A stretch of 64,000 nucleotides of DNA from Hemiscyllium ocellatum (taxonomy: Eukaryota), in assembly GCF_020745735.1 (NCBI RefSeq), contig NC_083449.1, forward strand, positions 7,662,923 to 7,726,922, given 5' to 3'. The position numbers were made by a program, and so were the translations under genes. Under the pieces are notes generated by a model. It had not been told where the DNA came from, made no database searches, and was given only the letters and a program-made list of their open reading frames with translations. This document shows positions 13,298-26,579 of the stretch, one piece after another. Each line of letters opens with the position of its first letter. Within the stretch, counting starts at the first letter, position 1.

Positions 13298-13801
<504 letters not shown>

Positions 13802-14288
13802 CTAATGTTGTTTCAATCCCCAATTAGATATCTGCCTCATTCCCCAATCCGGAGAGGGCACAGGGACGAGGGCGGAAAGTACCGGCGCCAAATCATCAAC
13901 CGCCTTTTTACAACTTTAAAAGCCCCCCAATATGTACCGAAAAGTAGAGGGGTTAAACACAGAAGAATGCACGAATACTCGATTTAATTTACTTCTACGT
14001 TAAAAGTGTACCCTTTACCTCGCCTCCTGGAATCTGCCCATTTCTGATCCTGAATGGAATCTTCTGATCATTAAACACAAAAAAAGGCGCCAAACCCTGC
14101 ACTCTGCAACTAATCATTCATTTCACATTTCAACAGCACCCCGACATACTGATAAAAAATGACTACGGTCTCCCGCATCAGTGCATTAATAGTGAACACG
14201 ATCGTTCGAGAATATTTTAAAGTTACCCTCCCTATTGAACACGATCATCGATCGAGTAAAAACTGCACATTTCAGGGAAATTGTAGGT

Positions 14289-14304
14289 GGCTCTTATAAG
14301 AGCC
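14289..14304 (-). terminator. Histone stem-loop of pseudo-H2B
   Basis: GGCTCTTATAAGAGCC. Confidence 0.9.
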
Positions 14305-14345
14305 TTTGGGTTGTGGATGTGTTTGTTTCAGTGCAGTGCGGTCCT

Positions 14346-15019
<674 letters not shown>

Positions 15020-15066
15020 AACTCCGCTCACTTTAATGGATAATGGAAAGAGCTCGCTCTTTATAG

Positions 15067-15238
15067 GTAAAAACAATGACTGCAGATGCTGGAAACCAGA
15101 TTCTGGATCAGTGGTGCTGGAAGAGCACAGCAGTTCAGGCAGCATCCAACGAGCAGCGAAATCGGCGTTTCGGGCAAAAGCCCTTCATCAGGAATAAAGG
15201 CAGAGAGCTGGAAGCATGGAGAGATAAGCTCGAGCCCG
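15067..15238. mobile_element. Penelope-derived element between TATA and CRE/octamer of pseudo-H2B
   Basis: Paralog reads tttatag-actgacgacgtc uninterrupted at 7943-7961. Confidence 0.8.
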
Positions 15239-16304
15239 AGACTGACGACGTCATTAATGCTAATATGGGATGGCGGAAAGCCTGGTTCCTGATTGGCTAC
15301 TTTGTAGCCATGGTAACTTCTGTTAGTCAAGATCTGCAATAACATCGGAAACACAAACCGAAATTTTGTGAAGGGATCAAATTCCGAGCTCACTCTAAAG
15401 TGTGAGATTCTAATTGTAATGTATTCTGCATCTTTAGGTAATGGTTTTCTTTTCTCTTCCATTTTAAAATGTCATCACATTTGTTGTCAAGTGAGAAAGT
15501 GCACTGCAATCTGACAGGGAGTGTGGTTTACTCCTGGAAATGATCGAACTACTGGACAAATGCATCGTGTTGGAGAAAAATGGGAGTTAAGCAATGTTCT
15601 CTTTTGCTTGCATTTCTTGCTCTACACTCTCTGAAGGTGAAGGACATTCTACCATCATATACTCTGTAAACTCTTTTCAGTTATGTTTTCCCCTATTCTT
15701 CTTCAAATCTCCAATGAGTATCAGCCAAAGTGTTCACACATTACTCAGAATAGCTGCCAGGGTGTGTATCATTGTCAGTTCTACTCTGATTACCTCAATG
15801 ACGAAAGGGAACTGACATACTGTAACCTGGGCCTTTTGCTTTCTGTTGACAACATGAATTTTACTCCCGGACTGTTTGGTTCCTCAATCAGTGTCAACAG
15901 CCTCCTGCCAATATTTCAGTTCCTGAAATCCTACTTTGCACGACATTAGAATAGATATCATTTGGTGCATTTCAGTCTCTAGCAGAATTTTTTTTCATTG
16001 TGAACTTTGCTATGTGGATTTTCTCTGAACTTTATTTGGCCACAAGTCATTTGCACTCACTCTGAACTGGTCACTGTTATTTCAGGATTATTTTGAACAT
16101 GATACTTGTGCGAATTTTAATTGTGACAATCTCGTGTTATTTGTTTTATCACTGTGATTCCCTGCTTACACTGTGAGATAGTGTTGTTCAGAATTTCAGG
16201 TTGGTTAAGGCTTAGTTTACCTCTCGTTATTCGCTGTTTAAAACAGGAGTGCGGTTTTTTGATCATCCCATGTGAGCTTTTGGGAGGTGAACGATTCTTA
16301 CTCT

Positions 16305-17990
16305 CTCACAATTTGTCCCTGTCAGTTTCTGCCATGTGAATGTGTGAGTGTAGTCATCAGTCTGTACCTGTCCATTCTTCCACAATGATTACGTTAGTGC
16401 AATTATCACAATCTCAGAATGTCTCTGATGTGAGAATGTGTAAGGGTATTTACCATCGCAGTGCCAATCAGTCTTTGCTATGAGACTGTTGACTGGCTTT
16501 ATCAATCTGTACCCGTTTCTTTCTGCTCAATGAATTTGTCTGTGTAATTTTCAGTCTCCCAATATCAATCTCTGCTGTGTGAATGCGGGAGTGCTTTTAT
16601 CAGTATTACCTTGTCCATTTCTCTGTTGGGAATATGTCAATGTGGTTATCAACATGTACCTGTCAGCTTCTGTTTTGTGAGTAGCTCTGTTTAGATAACC
16701 TTTTCCATACCGGTTGTGATGTGTGAATATGGCAGTCTAGTCATCAATCTGTACCTGTCTGTTCTTCCAGTCATTATGTTTGTGTAATTATCAGTCTATC
16801 CTTAAGGTCTCTGCTTTGAGAATGTGTAATTGTAGTTATCAATCTGTCCCTGTCAGTGTTTGCTCTGTGAATGTGAGAGTGTGTTTACTAATTGGTCCCT
16901 GACAGTTTCTGCTATGTAAATGGGGGTTTTGCTATCCATGTCTTTATGTTCATTTCTGTTATGTGAATCTTTGACTGGCATTATCAATCTGTACCTGTCA
17001 GTTTCTGCTCAGTGAATATGTCCGTGTAATGAACAGTCTATCCCTATCAGTTTCTGCTTCGAGTCTGTGTGAATGCTTTTATCAGTCTCACCTTGTCAGT
17101 TTCTGTGTTATAAACATGGTCATCAACCTTTATCTGACATTTTCTGGTTTGTGAATATGAGAGTTTGGTTGTCAATCTGTACCTGTCATCTCATGGCTCG
17201 GTGTCTCTGCCTTAAATTTGCTCTTCAAGAACAAAAAGACAAAAACCTGTTAAAGCCACAGTCTCAATCTCTCATTTCCTGCATTGTGGATAGCAAATTC
17301 ATTTATCGACCTGTACTTGTCCATTCTTGTCACATGAACATGTAAATGTTGTCATTAATGTGTCCCTGTAAGTTATTGCAGTTCAAGCATGACTGTTGTT
17401 ATAAATCCACCCTCTCAGTTTCTGCTGTGTGAATATGAGCTTAGTTATCAAACTGTCAGTTCATGCTCTGTAAAATGGGAGTGTTATCAATTTGTCCCTG
17501 TCAGTTTCTGCATTGTGAATATGGGAGTGCACTTATTAATCTTTCTAGGACAGTTACTATTGTGTAAAAGTGTGAGTGCACTTACCTATCTCTCCGTGTC
17601 AGGTTCTGACATCTGAATGTAATTTTAGCTATCCTAACATACCTGTCAGTTTTTCTTTTATCTCTACCTGACAGCAGTTGAGTCTGGTTATTGATCTGAA
17701 ATGCCGCTTTCTGATAGGTGAACATTTGAGCAGTTATTCATCTGTACGTGATACTTTCTGATATCTGAATATGAAAGTGTAGTTGTCAACCCATTCCTGT
17801 TGGTATGTGCAATGAAAATAAAGAGTGTGTGTCACTTTCTGTCATGTGAACATCTGAGTGTTATGAATCTATCCATGACCGTGCCTAAAAAAGATTGTGT
17901 GTGTGTGTGTGTGTGTAACTGCCCTGTTAATACGTGTGTCATCATCAATGCATTTTTGCTTGTTTCTGCAAAGTCAACGAGTGAACAAAG
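16305..17990. repeat. Degenerate ~49-bp tandem array
   Basis: Repeating tatcaatctgtacctgtcagtttctgct. Confidence 0.85.
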
Positions 17991-18372
17991 GTATCAGTGC
18001 ATGCTTGTCAGTTTGTATTTGGTAAAGGGACGTATCTCTCTGGCAGCCACTAATATTCTCAGTGAGGGTGTAATTCGTTATGTGATACTTGTTATGAGGG
18101 TGATTGTAGGCAGATCTGTTTCAGTTCGTGAGTGCATATTTTGGACAAGAATTCAGACTTTCCAGTTTCAAAATTGTGCAAATATCAATAAGCTGTGAAT
18201 GGTGAATTTATTCAAACTGGACAAATGTACATTGTGAACTGTGAGAAAGAAACAAACTGATATTTTCTCAATTGTTTGAACATCTTTATCTCAAACTGAG
18301 CTCAATGTGTAGCTGACTCAATTCGCTCTAACAGTGGAAAGAATGGTCTTCACTCTGACAGCATTAACATAC

Positions 18373-18454
18373 CTGCTGTTTGTTAGGAGCAGCTGGTCAC
18401 ACTTGGCTCTGTACCGAGGGAATATTACATTGTCTTGATCCTTCAAGTATTTGC
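18373..18454 (-). other. Putative exon 2 (82 nt), orphan copy with intact splice sites
   Basis: cttctgtcttcctccAG|gcaaatac...aacagcag|GTATGT; open phase-1 frame KYLKDQDNVIFPRYRAKCDQLLLTNS. Confidence 0.6.
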
Positions 18455-21347
18455 CTGGAGGAAGACAGAAGTGAAATCTCCTGTAAATCACCATCAGCCA
18501 CGTTTGACCATCTTTTACTGATCAACGCAACATTCTCTTAATAATCATGAGGATATTGTATTTAAAGCCAGGAATTCAAACAGAACAACATGTCTGATTC
18601 TATTCTTGCTCCATGTCTGGTGATTTTTCTTTTTGTTAATTCAATACCAACTGACTGAGGTCCAGAAACTAACCAACAACTGTACAGCTCCATGAATGGG
18701 ACTATCCAATGCAAGTGGGTCTGTGAATATGAGTTTACTTATTGACCTATTGATGTCAATTTCTACTTAGTGAATAACAACCACACTCTCACATTCTGCT
18801 TAAATTACTTATGTATTCAAATAGCAGTGACTCACAGTGGCAGATTGATATAGAACTATAGATCCATTGAAATGACATTGCACATAAGAGGGCCATTTGG
18901 CCTATCTTGTACATTCTAACCCAAAGACACCAGATGGCCATTTGATCCCATCTTCCTGCTAACAGCCTATAACCCTGCAGCTAAGAGCACTGCCTATTTC
19001 TGCAATCTGAATTTATGTTTCAATTTGTTGCTGCCAGTCTCTGTTTCATGTATATGTCAATATAGCTATCAATTTGGACCTGTCAATTTTTCCTGTATGA
19101 ATATTTGAATGGAGTTATCCATCTCTACATGTAAATGTCAAAATACAGTTATGAATACATATTTGTCAGTCTCTACAATGTGAATGTGTGAGTTTATTGA
19201 GCAACCTATCCCTGTCAGTTTCTGCTCTGTTAATGAGTATGTCAGTAATAACCTGTAACTGTCAGTTTCTGGTTTGTTAATAGATGAATGCAGTTATCAA
19301 CATATACCTGCCAGTTTCAGTCAGTGTGCATGTGGGAGTGCTGATATCAATCTGTACCTGTCAGATTTTGCTGCGTGAATGTGACTGTCATTTTCAGTCT
19401 CTGTCAATTCTGGCATGTGAACAAGAGATTGTCACTCAATGTGTTGCTGTCAGATGCTGCAATGAGAATGTGTGACTGTAGTTATCAATCTGTCCATGTC
19501 ACTTTCTGCTATTTGCATACAGGTGTGCAGTTATCAATCTGTATCTAATAGTTTCTGCTCAGTGTCTGTGGGTGTATTTATCAATCTATTGCTGTCAGTG
19601 TTTGCAATGTGAAAGTAAATTGATCAATCTATCCTCATTAGTTTCTGTTCTCTGAATCAGAGTGTTTAATTATCAATGATTAACTGTCAGTTTTTTGGGT
19701 TTATGAATATGTGTAAATACATTTATCATTCCGTACCTATCTGATTCTGCTTTGGGTTTTTCTAATCTAGATTGTAATCAATACATTCTGACCTATGAAT
19801 ATTTGAGTGTCTTTATCAAATTATACCTGTCATAAAATATTTTCTGCATATGCAGAAGTTTAGCAGTCAGTTTTGTCAATGTGAATATGTGAGCACAGGT
19901 TTGAATCTATGCCTATCAGTGTCTGCCAAGTCAATATGAGGGAGCAGTTTTCAATCTCTACCTGTCAGTTTCTGTGTGAAATTGAGTGTAATTATCAAAC
20001 TGTATCTGAGAGTTTATGTTAAGTGAAAGTGAAATTGTTGTTATCAAATTGTATCTGTGATTTTCTGTTATGTGACTAGAAGAGTGTAAGTTCCAATCTG
20101 TCCCTGTCGGTGCCTCCTCCATATATCCGAGGAAGTAATTAAATTATACCTGCCAGTTTTTGCTATGTGACTGAGAGTGTACATCTCAACCAATATCTGG
20201 CAGTATGAGTTATGAGAATGAGAGTGTTGCTATCAGTGTACCAGTCAGTTTCTGCTTGGTGAATATATGAGTGCATATATCAACCATTCCTTGTCAGAAT
20301 CTGTGTTGTGCATATGTGAATGAGGTTATCAATTTGTAAACCTGTCAGTTTCAGACATGTACATATGGAAGTATACCTGTCAGATTCTGCTCTGCGAATA
20401 TGATGCAGTTATCAATCTGTCTTTGCTTTGTGAACATCCAAATATAGCCAATAATATGGACATATCAGTTTCCATTATATCAATATGTATATGGATTTTC
20501 TAACCTACCCCTGCGAGTTTCTGCTGTCTGTCTATGAGAGTGTTGACATGAAAATGTAGCTGTAAGTTTCTGGTTTGGTAACGTTCGAATGCCGTTATCA
20601 AAATGTATGTCAGTTTCTGTAATGTGAATGTGCCAGTCCAGTTATAAATTTATGACTGTAACTTTCTGTTCTGTGAATATGTAAGTGGTGGTTATCATCT
20701 GTAACTGTTAGTTTCTGCTTCATAAATGAATGAGGGTAGTTGTCCACCTGTTCCTGTCAGTTTGTGCTGTGAATGTGTCAGTGTAGTTATCAGTCTGCAT
20801 CTGTCAATTTCTGCAAGGTGAATGAGAGAGTGTAGTTCCTAATATGTACCTGTGAGATTCTGATCTGTTATGTTTGAGTATCTTTATCAAACTGTACATG
20901 ACAGTTTGTTTATCCCTCTGTGAACTTGGAAGTGTAGTAGTAAATTTTTGCATGTTTGGTTATGCTATGGGAAAGTTCTTGTCAGTTTGCTCCATGTGAG
21001 TGTAGTTATCCATCTATACCTGTCAGTTTCTGTTATCTGAATGTATGAGTGCAAGTATCAATCTATGGGTCTCAGTTTCTGCTACGTCAATAAGCGAGTT
21101 ACATTTTTGATCCATACCTGTCAGTTTCAGATATGTGAATGTATGAATGTAGTTATTAATATATCCCTGAATGTTTCTGCTTGTAAAAATGCATATATAT
21201 TCATTAAATCACCACTGTCATTTTCTGCAAAGTGAACATGAAAATGTAGTTATCAATCTGTAACTGTCAGTTTCTGTTCGGTGAACATACGAGTGTTGTA
21301 ATCAATCTGTACCAGTCAGTTTCTGCAGTATGAATATTCTTGTATAA

Positions 21348-21692
21348 TGCGGCACATTATATGCCACAGTGATTGGCTCTGTTGCCTCACAGCGTCAGGG
21401 ACCTGGATTCAATTCCAGCATCGGGCAAGTGTCTGCGTGGAGTTTGCACATTCTCCCCATGTCTGTGTGGGTTTTCTTTGGGTGCCCCAGTTTCCTCCCA
21501 CAGTCCAAAGAACAAGTTAGGTGAACTGGCCATGTTAAATTGCCCATAGTGTTCAGGGATGTGTGTGTTAGGTGCATTAGTCAGGGGCAAATGTAGAGTG
21601 ATAGGGAAATGGCTCTGGTTTAGATAATCTTCAGACGGTCAGTGTGGACTTGCCAGGCTGAACGTCCTGTTTTGAAACTGTATGGATTCTAC
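21348..21692 (+). mobile_element. HE1-type SINE
   Basis: gcctcacagcg...tggagtttgcacattctcccc. Confidence 0.85.
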
Positions 21693-22445
21693 TTCTAATG
21701 AATAATTAAATATAACGTAATTTGTTATTAATCTCTCCCCATCAGTTTCTGATTTGATAATGTATGAATGTATTAATCAATCTGAATCTGCTATTTTTTG
21801 TAATATGAATATGGGAGTACAATTACTGTCCTATGTCTCCAGGCATAGAAGTGGAGGCTAGGAATCTTGGGGAAATATATATTGATATCTTGAAAAATAT
21901 TTGACATCAGTCCACATGCCAAAACTGGAGGTGTTAGAGATGTTAAAAAAAAACACAAAGGTGTATCAAACTCTCAGACCTGATCAAGTTATATCCCTTG
22001 ATGTTGTAGGAAGCTGTATTGGTAATTTGAATAAATGATGTTATTTTCTTACTTTTTTTTAGAATATCTCAGAGGGAAGGTCAATCTATCCCTGTCAGTT
22101 ATTGCAAGATGAATGTGTGACCGTGGTTATAAATCTGTACCTGTCAGTTTCTATGTGAATATGTGGGTGCAGTTACCCATCTCAGTTTCTGCAATGTGAA
22201 TGAGAGTATAATTATCAGTCTCTCGCTGTCAGCTTCTCCAACATCTATATGTGATGTTAGTTATGGAGCTGAACCTCTGTTAGTTTCTGTCATTATGAAT
22301 GTGAGTGTCATCATCAATCTGTCCCAGTTAGTTTCTACAATGTGAATGGGTGAGAGTAGATATAACTGTTTCTGCTATGTGAATATGAGTTGAATATGGA
22401 CATTGTAGCTGTAACTGTTTCTGCTATGTGAATATGAGTTGAATA

Positions 22446-23020
22446 TGGACATTGGTTCGGCCACTCTTGGGATATTGTGTGCAATTCTGGTCTCCCTCCT
22501 ATCGGAAAGATGTTGTGAAACTTGAAAGGGTTCAGAAAAGATTTACGAGGATGTTGCCAGGTTTGGAGGATCTGAGTTACAGGGAGAGGCTGAACAGGCT
22601 GGGGCTGTTTTCCCTGGAGCATCGGAGGCTGAGGGGTGACCTTAGAGAGGTTTACAAAATTATGAGGGGCATGGATAGGAAAAATAGACAAAGAAAAATA
22701 GACCCCCTGGGGTCAGGGAGTCCAGACATAGAGGGCATAGGTTTAGGGTGAGAGGAGAAAGATATAAAAGAGACCTAAGGGGTAACTTTTTCACGCAGAA
22801 GGTGGTACGTGTATGGAATGAGCTGCCAGAGAATGTGGTGGAGGCTGGTACAATTGCTATATTTAAGAGGCATTTGGATGGATATATGAATAGGAAGGGT
22901 TTGGAAGGATATGGGCTGGGTGCTGGCAGGTGGGAGTAGATTGGGTTGGGATATCTGGTCGGCATGGACGGGTTGGACCGAAGGGCCTGTTTCCATGCCA
23001 TACATCTCTATGGCTCTATG
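22446..23020 (+). mobile_element. 5'-truncated CR1/HER1 LINE
   Basis: LVRPLLGYCVQFWSP...LERVQKRFTRMLPGL...WNELP; ctctatg tail. Confidence 0.92.
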
Positions 23021-24967
23021 TGTAGTTGTCAGGCTTTGTTTGTTAAACTGAGTATTGTTATCTATCTATACTTGTCAGATTCTGCTGTGCTTTTATGCAA
23101 TATGAAACTGAGTGTTATTGCTAATCTGTTCCTGTCAGTTTCTTCTTTGTGGATATGATACATTCGTTATAAAACTTTCTCTGTCAGTAACTACAATGTG
23201 AATGTCAGGGTGTAGTTACTAATTTGTTCCTATCAGTTTCACCTCTGTGCATTTATTTGTGCAGTTATTAATCTGTAACTCTCAGTGTGAATGTGAATGT
23301 GTGACTGCATTTATCCTATCAGCTTCTGTGTTGTGAATATGTGAATGTGCTTACCAATTTGTACCTGCCAGTTCTGACAGATAAATCGTCCTCAATTTCT
23401 CCTTGTCGATTTCTCCTATTTGTGTTACAGTGTGCAGTTAGCAATCTGTGCATGAACTTTTCTGCAATGTGAACATCAGAATATAGTTACCAATCTGACT
23501 GCTCTGTAAATGTATACGTACAGTCATCAAACTGTACATGCCAGCTTCTGCTTTGTGACTCTGAATTTAGATATTAATCTTTGCCTGTCAATTTCAGCTA
23601 TGTGAATGTGTGAGTGCACTTATCAATATGTACTGTTAGTTTCTGCTCAGCCTATTTGATTTGTGTCATGGATTGTGCAATGGAAAATTAAAGGGTTTTC
23701 CAACTCCTATAGTGCAGACACGAACTGGCAGGAATGATACCATGGGCTGTTCTTCAGGATGTCATCAGTTTTTCCTCAATGCATAGCTACATACTTTTGT
23801 AAATAATGTTGAGAAATGGATAGGTGTTACATTCCTTTGGTAGTGTCAAAAGGAAAGGGGAACAAACAAATAAATTGTATTGTAACGACGACTACAATGT
23901 TCTTGCTACAGGAAAGAGAATTGGCTAGTTCACTTCATTATTCTATTGTGAGTATTACATAATCCTGCTCTGTGGTGTGATGGTGCAAGCCATTAGCAGT
24001 ACTCTCCTGATGCTCTATGGTGCCAATGAGGAAAACAAAAAGACTTGTATTTTTGTCATCCAGTGGAGAAGATTTAAATTTTCATGCAAATTTATTGAAC
24101 GTGATTGATCTCTTCTTACAAATTACAAGATTGGGTAAATTTCTTTGTTGAATTAAAAGATGATTATTCGATTATTTTGCAAGTTGATGATATGGCATTC
24201 GATTTTCTTGCTTTTTTGTGATATTTCATACAATGGGGAATTTGAGATTCTTTGTAGAAGATTAAAGTGAATTTGGAGACGAAGTTACACACTTTTTAAT
24301 AAAAACATTAATACTGAGCAGTGTGAAAATGTAATTTCTATCCCTGCAAGGTGAATATGTTGAGAATGATGCTGAGATCAAGGTGGGATTGGCAACTCCT
24401 CTTCTGCCATGACACACTTATTGAAATGGAATGCTGCCTGAATGGGATTAGTTGTTTGTTTTTCTGTAAACATTTCATATATATTCATTTCTGTTTTCTA
24501 CAGTGTAACTGTGTGTACATCGCTGTTCGTCTCTGTATCTTGGGTTGTGGTTCAATCTGAATCAGTCAGTACCTTTGTGTGTGTGTGTGTGTGCTCAGTA
24601 ATTATTCACTACTAGTCACATATGGCTGTTGACATCATTATTTGCATAATTTCATTGTTTATCCGGTTTGTGATATTTAACATGGCTTCAAAATGTAAAC
24701 TTGATTTAGTATGCCAATTGCCTACTTCAGAAAACTGGTCAGCTTCAAAAATGCTGTGAATGGTAGTGGCCTACGAATCATATTAATTGAAACTGGGAAG
24801 ATGTCTATAGAGAATGGAGAGAAAAAAAGAAACTTGTCTTTCCGCAGTTGTGTCTGGCTGTTTGCTTGTTTGAATATATCTCTGGAAATTGAGCTCAAAC
24901 TAAGTCTGATCCAATCTGCTCTGTGCCTGTGGAAAGGATGCTCTCAGCTTTGACAGTGGTAACATAC

Positions 24968-25049
24968 CTGCTGTTTGTTAGAAGCAGCTGGTCACACTTG
25001 GCCTTGTACTGAGAAAATATGACATTGTCTTCATCATTCAAATAGTTGC
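24968..25049 (-). other. Putative exon 2 of copy B (acceptor AG changed to AA)
   Basis: 82 nt, NYLNDEDNVIFSQYKAKCDQLLLTNS, donor GTATGT intact. Confidence 0.55.
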
Positions 25050-25534
25050 TTGGAGGAAGACGGAGGATAATGCAGCTGTAAATCAACATAAGTCAAGTTA
25101 GGCAAGATTAAACCGATCAGTGTGGTAGTCAGTTAATAATAACCTAGCAATTCAAACAGAACCAGGTTTCAATTCCACTCTTTCCCTGGGTTGCTCCTGG
25201 TCTCTTTTTCTTTTATTTGCATCTTTGCAACAATTGGGTGAGATCCAGAACTAACATCCGCACACCTCCATGAATGGGAATTCCTGAGGCAGCTGCAATG
25301 CTGACATATATCAATAGCAAGCTGCCAATACACTAAGTGTTGAAGGTAAGAACAAGGGACGCTATGTCTAATGTTTTACTTGAAACTTCAAATCTGTTCA
25401 CAGTAACACGTGTCCTTTATAGGATTGTCACAAAATTATGGTCTGTGCTTCCATTATTCACCGCCCGATATCAACAAACAGCGTGAAACTGAAGACAAAC
25501 AGAATTCCCGTCACTGTTTAGGGGATTAAAAACC

Positions 25535-25885
25535 ACCAGAATGTCCCACAGCAGCTTCTTCCCGCTCTGCCTCCCTCAGCAGGCCCACACACAGCCCGAG
25601 AAAGGTCTCTCTCTTCCCCCCAGCCCGCTCACTCCAAGTTCCGGGACCAGTTCCTGCTCCGCTCGGCCTCTTACAAACAGCCCCCGGTTCACCCTGAACT
25701 CACCCCGAATCAATCCCGGTCTCGGAGCCCCCTCTGTGTCCCAGTCTCCCATCCCGATGTGCTGCTGGAAGGAGCCTGTTGTTCTTTCGCTTCCCTGGGC
25801 GCTGATCTCTCCATGGCGGTCTGTTTCAAACAAACCTCTTTCACTCACTGAGTCAATGGAAGCGCTGGGGGAGGGCCTCACGCAA
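25535..25885 (-). other. Conserved promoter/exon-1 module, copy B
   Basis: Donor GTGAGT at 25703-25698; ACCGCCATGG; truncated within the NRF1 site. Confidence 0.75.
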
Positions 25886-25984
25886 TAACCCGACAGTGAC
25901 AGCAGTAGTGCTAAACCCAGACCCAGTAAGTGGGATTAGGATCAAACCACAAATATTACTTCCAAAAAAAGGAAAGACTAAATG

Positions 25985-26410
25985 AGCTTGGATTGTTTTT
26001 TTTCTAGAGCAGGGATGACTGAGGTGGTGGCACATAATTGTGGTGTGAAAGATTATTAGGCGGATGGACAGGGTGAATGTGGAGAACTGTTTCCCTTGTT
26101 TGAGCGATCAATCACAAGTCGTGATTTGGTTAGAATATGGTAAAGGATAAGGATTCTCACTATGGTGTGGGCTAAGGGTTAAATATATTGAGGGAAAATC
26201 TCGTTTACTCAGCAAGTGGTGGAAATCTGGAAGATACTGCCTGGGAAGGCAGTGGAGCCCAGAAACCTTAACCTTGAAAAAGTATTTGAATGAGCACTTG
26301 AAATGTCATACCATTTAAGGATATGGGACAAGTGCAGGAAATTAACAAACCTTCAGTGGTAGTTATTGTGGGTGCAGACACGATGCATTGAAGGGCTTTT
26401 CTGTGCTGTA
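25985..26410 (+). mobile_element. Old CR1 3' fragment
   Basis: tttctagagcaggg...ctgcctgggaaggcagtgga...ggatatggg. Confidence 0.7.
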
Positions 26411-26579
26411 TGAGTATATCCATGTCAGCTTTTGCTCTGTGTATCTCAGGGTGCAGTTATTAATTTGTACCTGTCAGTCTTTGGTTTCTGACTATATAAT
26501 TGCATTTATCATATGCCACCTGTCAAGTTTTTGCTGTGTATATATGAGAGTCTAGTTATCAATCAGTAACTTTCAGGTT

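Larger units (their letters stand above)
18715..23650. repeat. Largest ~49-bp degenerate tandem array (interrupted by SINE/LINE insertions)
   Basis: Dozens of units with 47-51 bp spacing. Confidence 0.88.

Noticed and set aside
15815-15925. Possible further exons of the module (also 9211-9245, 45141-45234, 56857-56950)
   Set aside because: Single splice-like signals without cross-copy homology; insufficient support
17897-17915. (GT)n microsatellites (also 24576-24593)
   Set aside because: Short and ordinary
18715-23650. 49-bp array as CRISPR or decayed zinc-finger coding repeat
   Set aside because: Eukaryotic; no unique spacers; period is not 84 bp or a multiple of 3; no HTGEKP linkers
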